Part shown: piece after piece, positions 55,436-64,000 of the stretch
How the letters are laid out: the number at the start of each line of letters is the position of its first letter
Position numbering within the stretch: position 1 is the first letter of the stretch
Origin: Ramazzottius varieornatus
Taxonomy: Eukaryota > Animalia > Tardigrada
Length of the DNA: 64,000 nucleotides
Direction: 5' to 3'
NCBI GenBank assembly: GCA_001949185.1
Contig: BDGG01000017.1
Coordinates: 186,001-250,000 of the forward strand
The notes under the pieces: generated by a model
Databases searched by the model: none
What the model saw: the letters and a program-made list of their open reading frames with translations, nothing else
What the model was told of the DNA's origin: nothing
Translations under genes and position numbers: made by a program

Positions 55436-58400
55436 ATGGGATCCTTAAAGAAGATATCGCTGCTGCTGGTGGCGCTGCTGGGAGTCCTGAGTTTGCTGGT
55501 GCCGGGAATTAATCTGTTGGCTGCCAGTGAGCGACAGGAAACTGCTTCCGGTTTGGCCTTTCAGCTCAGGTACGCTGCTCATTTTTGTCTTCTTGCAGTT
55601 TCAGGTGTCCTTTTTCGCATTGTGTCATTGGACCTTCTGTAAAAGCCTTGTTTCTTATTGTGCGGAAGAAAGGAATCAGGCAAGAGTACGTAACTGAACC
55701 CACAGCCTGAGAAAATCAATGGGATGTCGTATCTCGGTCTCGACTTCCTTCCGAACAACCCTTCCCCATCTTAGCGCCCCATGCGTGGATGAAAACGATT
55801 ACAGTTCAATCAACCGCTGCTTTTAGCAGTGAAGATTTTTTCAGTAGGTGTGGGCTCGTGGAATCAGAGAAAACGAAGGATACCCCAGAATTTTCTAATT
55901 TTTGTTTTGAATTTTGTAATTTATGTGGTACGGTAGCCGTCATATCATTCAGAGTATCACGCATGACGTCATGGAATTGTTTGGGTCTGACCAAATTCGG
56001 TGTATCCACATAGCAGAGCTGCTCTGACGTCATGTGCAAGTTTATCCGGGCATTAGGGAACGGGTTTAAAGTTACTAGCAAGAATATCCACGAGGGAATC
56101 TGACAAGTCACTCTGCGGTGTTCGTAAATTGAATCAAAGTGCTCTCATTTTTTACAGCTCTGGTTATGAGAAGAAGATTGTATTCTGGTTGAAGGAAGAG
56201 GCTTTGAGAAAGGAAAGGTCTTCAAATTGGCTCTTGAGAATAATCGAATTGAACTTGAGTTAAGGCCTTCCGTGTTGCAGAAACCTTCATTATTTTCTGC
56301 CTGATCCAAACAGTGTTGACAAAATATCTCAGACCACGAGTAATAACAGCCTGTCTATTCTTGCAACTCGCAATTGAGGGGAAGATAGTAAGCAAGTCTG
56401 TCCAAGCATATCAGACTTCAAGATAAATTTGAAGGCTCGACAGTCTTGATTTAGGATGGTAAATATGCGGGTGTTACGTAAAGCCAAAGACGATCGTCTT
56501 ATTTTGTCCTGTTCAATCGTTGCCGTTGACGACTGTGAAGCAGTGAACGAGCTTTGAAACATGCAGAGATTATTAAGCTCCCCAAGGCAAAAGCTTGCTT
56601 TCGCAAATGTTTTGCACTGATTGCCACTTTTGACGCATGAAATAAATCTGGTCAAAGTGGACTGGAAAATACCAACAACAAAATTGCCTGCGGCAAAATG
56701 ACCAATCTGACCGTCCAGATCAGTGGGTTTTCCATGTCAACTTGCGCGGACCGGTCTTGGTGTGTGCGCAACCTCAGCTAGGGCTTTCTTCGTCACAATG
56801 TCTGAACTCGCGCGTTCTACGTGGGATTTCACGATGGTTTGCGCGAGTTGACTTGGGATCTTTGCTGGTATCAGCCATTATTCGCGCAAACAGCGAAATA
56901 TCAGTACGCAGGTTGACGTAGAAAGCTCTGATGCTGCACAGGTCAACTGGCGCACGTGCAGCTATGGTTTAGATGCCTGATGCGCGTTTTGATACGGGAT
57001 TATTAGCAGCGTACTCAGCGAAACTCGCGCAACGGGCGGAAATACTTCCGCGTTCTTTCAACTGGGTTCGTTTACCCACACCGAGTTTATAGGGCGATCA
57101 CAATGAAATCAATTTAGGGTTTGACATATTCGCAACTGTTGCTTTCATCTATCATGCAATAAATCACATGATCAAAGGCGCGGCTGATGATCATTTCCTC
57201 GTTTACGTTCATTGAAGATTGACGACGGCCTAATGGCTGACTGGTCAATTTTCCTTTCTTGCTTTGCAGAAACCAGACGCCACCGGAATGCTTTCCTGAA
57301 AGTCCGCTCTGTAATGAACTCGAGAAGCCGGAGGTTGAGCCCAGCGTCCTGGACTTTGAATCAGTGTATGAGTTGGAATGTTCCTTCGTAGTTTCAGAAT
57401 AATAAATTTCAAACTGGTTGGTGTCTTTATCACGTCTGACATCAAAGTGAAGGGACACATAAAAAGTAGGAAAATGTGCAATTAGCATTAGCTAATGTCT
57501 GTGTTTTTTCTGTGCATAGGACGATCGGCCAAGTGATCATCCGTTATGTACGAGTGCGCAGTCACAATCGTTCGTTCGAGGTGACAAAAACCATCCAGTC
57601 TGACACCAGCATATCCCATGTCCAAGTTTTCACGGTTTGTTCGCCTCTTTCTTGTTAACGATGTCAATTACGCACTGTGTGGGTGTGGGCAGTAAAAAGG
57701 AATAAAGAAATCATGGCTGTTGTGATTGCAGGAAGCGAGGAAGGACTTGGTGGCGTACAAGCTGCGGGTGGCGCTGTTACCGCGAGTGGTCGGGGGACTA
57801 GACGTCATTATCACGATATTCACCAGTCTGGGCAGAATAAAAATACCGGTGCGTTCAGAAATTAAAAACAAATTTTGAATTTGTACCTCTGTATCTCTCG
57901 GGAAATTCTGCAAAAGATACTGTCTTGTGCGCGAATTGACCTGAGTCAATTGGTTATTGCTCAGATGAGTTCGCGCAGAATAATTGGTTACTTCGTGTTT
58001 ATCCCCGCGGCTTGATATGGTCGGGATAGCTGGTGCTGCCGTCAAGTCGCGCACAAAGCTGCTTCCTTGTTAGAACTTTTCTTTTTTCCTTCTAGGTGAT
58101 AGCGAAGGTAGCGCCCAGTCCGTTCAGAATACTACCGATCGAGCATCCTCGTGTGCCACTGAACGGTGAATTTTCAGCGGATATTACGTTGTATAATCCG
58201 CTGGAAAGTAACCTCGAGATATCGACGCTATACATAACTGGTGGACCGTTCCATCTTACCCTACCCGACGGCGAGGGCGCCGACTCCTCGCGGTTTTCTA
58301 GTCAGTTTCTTACGCCATGGGAGAAATCTTCCTGGGTGAGTGGTCGGGACTCACAAAGTTCTCATTCGCACCTCGGAAAACAAACTCGACAAGCTTGTTT

Positions 58401-61400
58401 TCCCAAGTGACGTGCTTCTGCAGTGTTTTTGACTGAAAACGTGCGCCACTTGGAACAACGCTCTTGCCAAGTTTACCTGCCAGGTGCCATGGCCCAATTG
58501 GATCTGTAATATTTGTGTTTTCTTTTCTGCAGAGTATTCAGCCGTTCAAAACGCAGACAGTTGCAGTCATGACAGCCGATACGAGGCGCGCTTTCCCGGA
58601 GAGGTCTTTTTTACGGATAATGTTCAAGACCGCCGCCTGTGAAGATATTCTAATCCCTATCAATATTGATATTCGCGAAGGTTGGTCGACTTTATTTATT
58701 AATACTTAACACCATCCCGTTCGTCAGTCTAATGTATTGTCGGTTTCTGTTTGAACAGTGAGTGGTGTGTATTCGACGGTGGGAGTGCTGGATTTTGGCG
58801 TGGTGAGAAGGGACTCTGCACCGGTAACTCTACCGTTGGTTTTACGAACCACTTCCTCTACGACATCGTTTTCTTGGAAGGTGAATGTGCCTTATTCGGA
58901 AATATTCGTTTTATCAGAAATACAAACAAACTAGGAAGAGAGGGCAGATTTCCGAAGGATGAGAGATCGGCAGACGAAACGTGCAAGATTGCTCTCCTTA
59001 GTGGCGCACCTTTTCAATGTCACTCACGGGACGCGTGCGCCACTTAAGATATCGATCTCGTACGTTTCTCTTGCCAGATTCTCATATCATCGGCAGATGC
59101 GGTGAGAAACTTAAAATTACTGAACAGTCTCAAAATCACTTGGATTTGTCTTCCATGATTCGTTTTCTCTCGTTACAGAGTATTGTGGACGAGAGTGAAA
59201 GCAGTTATATTCTAGTATCGAGTTTAAGGCACGCATTGAAGGCCGGAGAGGGTGCCGCCAACGTTGCCAACGTCACATTCTCAGGTTTGCCGTCCTTTTC
59301 TCTACCACAAAGATCCCAACGACGCCGTTGCCAACCGCACCTTCTCTTGCAGTGAAAAGGTTGAAGCAGTCTACAGGTATCGTCAAAGGGAACATCCGAC
59401 TGATCAGCGACAGCGGAGACGCCGTCCTGTCGGTTCCCTACAGAGTATTCGTTGCCGAAGGGTTAGTTCACCAAAAGAAAGGGTCGACCTTTTGTTTCAT
59501 TATTTTTCTGACCTTATTCCATCTTTTTTTCTTTTTTCCCCAGGCGGTTACTGCCATCGAAGGGGACGGAAAGTTGGCTTGTCAAGCCGGACATCAAAGA
59601 AGCAGCAGTGAAGACATTGACGTTGGAGAATCTCTACGACATCCCGGTCACTATCCTCAATGCTACCATCCTGCACAGGAGTATATTTTCTGATCTAGAG
59701 GTTTGTTTGTAACGGAGAAATTTGCCGGCTGGCATTATCTGAGAGACTCAGCAGATAAACTCGATAAGGTTTTTCAAGTGGCGCACGTTAGCGGTGTTTT
59801 TAGATGAGAGTGTGCGCCACTTAGAAACTTCGATAAGTCTGTATTCCCAGGTGGCGCACATTGTGAGTGCGTTTGGCTGGTAATGTGCACCGCATGGAAA
59901 ACGCCGATCTTGACGAGTCTTTTTGTCGAGGTCCCAAGTGTCTGTTTTATCAGGTCCGCACGTATGAAATTTCGGTGTTTTCTACCCATAGTTTAAAAAT
60001 TCATATCTCGGGAACGCTGGCTTCTTTCCCCTCCCAGTTTAGCAAAGACGATACATCGTCTGTCTGCTCTTAGATAAGCAGTAAACTTCTCACGGAAGTT
60101 GTTCCTAACATTTCCTAGGGAAGTTTCAACTTACCGCAAATTTTTGAAAAATTTGCCAAGTTTACTGTTTTGACCACTGCTCTTCGTCTAAGTTGGCTAG
60201 AAATTCATGCTGTATGACGAACAAGAGGAGGATGAATGTACGTTCTAAAGCAGGCAAAAGTTTTGGTCAGAAAGCTTTCTCCGGAAAGTCAGCCAGTTGC
60301 AAGTTTACCCCTGAAAAACTAGAAGTCTTTTGAGAAACCGAGTATTTTGCAAGGCTCCTCGGCGATCGATCCTTTCCCAAACTTGGAGTGACGTTATAAG
60401 ACACATCAGCAGTATCCCCGAACACAACATCAGAAGGATCGGTCAAAGCCATGAGCCAGTAATAATCAGAATTGGAATACCTTACTAAACTTGCGCACCA
60501 CCCGGTTTTTCCCGAAACTTTTTTGCTAAAATTCTGCAGGCTGATTTTCCATACCGTGTTTTCTTCGTTACATAGCACAAGTTACGGGGTACTAAACTAC
60601 CTAACACTTTTCAGATCAGGCCGTCGCTGCCGAGAGAGAAAAAATTTTGAAGGAGACTCAGTTTTGAAGGTCCTCCTTTCCTTCCGCAATTTTTCTTTCT
60701 TTCTCGAATGGTGGCAGCCGCTTGTTTTCTGTTTTGATAAATTAACAAGAGGCAGTTACTAACACCAAACGTAAGTTAGAATTAGAAAGTCGTCCCACAA
60801 AGTTGAGAAAATGTTTCAAAAATGATCAGTCGAAAACCGAAATTTCATACTTGCGGACCTGATATATAACTTTGGCCAACCTTCGCTTTTCAGATTGTGA
60901 AGAGCGACTTTCCGACGATGTTACCGCCTTTCTCCATGACCAACGTGATATCAGTCCGAGTAGCCAGTCGATCACCCGTCACGCACAGCATCACTATCCA
61001 ACTTTTCACCAACCTCGGCTTGATCGAAGTGCCTGTTCGCATTCACACCGGACTCTTAACGGTAAATTCCGTCGCACTGCCCTTCTTTCAGTCCGTTGTA
61101 ATGGGACCATAGAGTTTCCTTCTTGTAGGCCGTTTTGGGTGGTATCAACCACTGGTTGCTGGATTCGTTAACGATCGACCAGGACGAGACGGGTGTTTTG
61201 TTGTTGAGGAACCTCAACCCCGTAGCCTTACTGCTCAAGAAGCTGCAGCTGCTTTCGTCGTGTTTGAAGATCAAGGAAGTGTCGGTCTGCACGTCCAACG
61301 GCACGTGTGCCATGTCAGAAGCCATCAACGGAGTTTCGGTTAGTAAATCAACCTACCAACTTTTCCCCTTCTTATATCTTATGTTGTACTTTTAATCTGT

Positions 61401-64000
61401 TCATCTTTAGGCGAATATAGCCAGTAAAGGTTCGATGAAATTGACACTACAGACGGTTGTACCTGATCGTTTGGGACCGTGTCTCAGTACGGTCAACTTC
61501 TCGTTGGACGCCGGAACGGGTACTTCCCAGGTGCAGGCGGTGTCTTTCAAGCTGAATATCCTTCCCGGTCGGCTGAGGTTGTACGAAGAACCCATCATCA
61601 TCAAAGATCTTTTTCCGGTACGTCAGAACGATCTTAGAACTACCTGTAGATATTAAGACTTGACCAGATGAGGTAATTGTGGCTTAAATGTAGTGCACGT
61701 GGGTCCAGAGGAACATCACCGTCTTCAACACATTCAAGAAAGACGTCGAGATCATGAACATCTACAGCGAAGAGTTCCCTCAGCTGGCGATGGACTCCTT
61801 CCTCAGTGGCGTTGACGTTTCACCCCAAACAGGCCTTGCTGTAAGAGCAATTAGGACTTTAGGGATCGTTTTTCCAAGATCGTTTTCCCAAGTGGCGCAC
61901 GCTTTCAACTAGTAATACCGAGAGCGTGCGCCACTTTCAGAAAGCAATCTCGTCGAGATTTCCCAGTGGCGCACGCTCTCACTTATCGACATTGAAAACA
62001 TGCGCCATTTGGAACAGCAGTTTTATCGAATTAAGGTCTCTATTTTCTTTTGAAACATGTCCTTAGATTTTGCCGTTCGGATGTTAGAAATGATGTTTTC
62101 TTTTCGCAGTTTGACACGCTGACGTTCGACGCGCGATATTTGTGCAAAGATCTTCCAGGGCTCTGCTACGTCGGCTTCGATTTGGATGGCTCTACAGAAC
62201 GTAAGTTTCCCAGCCTTCTCGATGAACCAGCTTATTCATGGGGGTTCTCAATCTGCAGGCTCGGAAGCATGGAAGAGACCATTTCGAGTCATCAGTCACA
62301 GCTCGGTGGAAGTTGACCGTCGAATGCTCAACCGGACGTTGGAGCTGTGGAACATGGCTAGTGGCGGCGAAAGCCTCGACGACTTTTTCAAGTAAGCATT
62401 GGCCACCTTTTTGTCACTCTCCGATGTTAACCGGTCTTTCTAATAGCATCGATACTTCGGTTAAAGTGACAACCAAAGACGCGGGAAGCTTCCATTTGCC
62501 CATCACGCTGCAGTTCATTTTCCCGCCGCCGCTCATCAACCCAAAGTCCTACCCAGTGGCTTTTCCTCTTTTGACCATCGGTAACTTCTCGGTGAGTCCC
62601 TTATGCTTGATCGACGAAGGCGTAATGACAGTTTTCGAGAGTGGAAGTGACTGAGCTGTCTGTAGGAAATCGACGTGGAACTGATCAACCCCACCCACAA
62701 AGTCCTCTTTGTCCAAGCATATGTTCTTCGGGACGACAGACCTGCCGTACTTAGCACGGACATCTTCTACGTCAAGTCCATCGTGCCGAAAGTAAGTCGA
62801 AGATTCTGTTCAAACTCTGATGATTGAAAGATCTGCTAAGAGAAACTCCAGTTTCTTTCACGCACCTGCATGCTTAGTTGGCGTATGATATTGGTGATTC
62901 GATGTACGCATGTACATGAATGGTAGCTGTACTCTTGTACCTGCATACTTGGTTAGCTAGGGAATCACCCAGTTTCATATACGTAGGTGCTTGAGAGACT
63001 GGCGATTATGTGTTTGCTACCGGGAAAAGTTGCGAAATACGAAATGTCTGATGTGTTTCCTTGTAGGGTACGTCGGAGGGGTTCTACGGTGTGGATGACG
63101 AACGCCTGCCATCGAAGCTTCGCTTACCGACACCGGTGAAGGGGACAGCAGCGTCCGTAGTGCCGCCTGGAGGAACCTTCCTGGTTCGCTTGGTTTTCCA
63201 GCCCAAAGCTGAAGCTTGTATCACTGGTATTCTGTACCTTCGGAACAACTTGACGTTCACAGAGGCTGTACCAGTAAGAGGCTGTGGTGTGGAACCCAAG
63301 ATCAGATTTTCCAACGATGCCTCGGCGGTCACTCTACCCACTAACTTGACCGTCAAGTTCACAACCAAAGACGCTCTCTATTGCCACGATAGTAAGATTA
63401 GCCGGACCTGACGGTTTTGCCGATTCCGCTTTATCCCAAAGGCCGGCAAAGAGCAGTGTGCAGTCTGTCATACGCCTGCATACTTTCGCTCCAAATTGAA
63501 TACAAGAGTCAAGTGTATGCGGGATCGTGATGGTTCTGTGCGTTTTGTTTGCCGACCTTCTGAGTGATGCTGCTGTATACAATTATGTTTGGCTTTATCA
63601 TTGTGTGAAAGTAGGCAAGTGCTTGATGTAACATGACCCTTGTTAACGTGAAGTCTTTGCAGAAACAGTGGAGACGGGTGACCGCTCCAAGATCCTCCGG
63701 ACCGGTAAGTTTTCTGTGCTGAACACGGGTGGCGCCTACGTGTCGATCGAACGAGTGGAAGTGCAAGAAGAAGACTGGTACCATCGAAGCTTCGCTCTAC
63801 CCAAGAGCGGGCCCTTCCTTTTGGCGCCCAACAAGAGTCGACGCCTTCTCGTCGAGTTCAACCCGGACTTCGGCCAGACCACCAAAGTCGGCAAGGTGCT
63901 GGTCCATGTGACGGATAGAAATGAGCCGTTCGTCTACAAAGTGGTGGCACAGGTGGATGCCAAGGCGGCAGAGGCCTGTCGACCAGTCTTTGGGCGCTCG
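55436..64000 (+). CDS. TMEM131: Transmembrane protein 131 homolog, multi-exon, 3' end beyond the window
   Basis: Signal peptide exon at 55436 (start inferred); LLPRVVG...FTSLG, PSPFRILP...RVPLNGEFS..I.LYNP, LYLRNNLT..EAV.V.G.G, FSVLNTG...F.LAPN.SR...V.FNPDF. Confidence 0.85.
58372..58478. repeat. Family A dyad, TMEM131 intron
   Basis: caaactcgacaagcttgttttcc-caagtgacgtgc...gtgcgccacttg. Confidence 0.8.
58968..59050. repeat. Family A dyad, TMEM131 intron
   Basis: tagtggcgcac...gtgcgccactta. Confidence 0.75.
59750..59925. repeat. Family A dyad element, 2 units, TMEM131 intron
   Basis: caagtggcgcac-25-gtgcgccactta, 24-nt linker, second dyad. Confidence 0.85.
61860..62030. repeat. Family A dyad element, 2 units, TMEM131 intron
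   Basis: caagtggcgcac-25-gtgcgccacttt followed by a second dyad. Confidence 0.85.
62864..62988. repeat. Family B dyad, 2 units, TMEM131 intron
   Basis: acctgcatgc-30-gtacgcatgt at 62864; acctgcatac-30-atacgtaggt at 62939; another at 63474 (gcctgcatac-31-gtatgcggga). Confidence 0.7.

Overview
This is eukaryotic animal DNA: compact and intron-rich, with short GT-AG introns and a 50-N gap at 1189-1238. The style suggests a small-genome invertebrate such as a tardigrade, but that is inference only. Recognisable intact spliced genes are a single-Ig-domain protein (-), CYFIP/Sra-1 (-), SMIM20/phoenixin precursor (-, ending 95 nt before the CYFIP ATG), exportin-6 (+), a Shaker-family Kv channel with an atypical TVGYGT filter (+), two secreted Gly/Tyr/Arg-rich peptide precursors (-), an ACP2-like lysosomal acid phosphatase (-), and TMEM131 (+, running off the window). 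Decayed genes include a SMYD pseudogene, an Rpn5/PSMD12 fragment joined to unrelated exons, partial Kv copies, and two copies of an unrecognised secreted Trp/Cys repeat protein inside a tandemly duplicated cassette. The 17-31 kb interval is transposon-rich (Harbinger, MULE, hAT, foldback element, MITEs). The most unusual signal is two unrelated families of mostly intronic dyads: CAAGTGGCGCAC-N24/25-GTGCGCCACTTG and ACCTGCATAC-N28-31-GTATGCAGGT. Both have conserved arms, conserved spacer length, divergent spacer sequence and a ~72-79 bp tandem period. All homology calls come from my recognition of motifs; no database searches were run.
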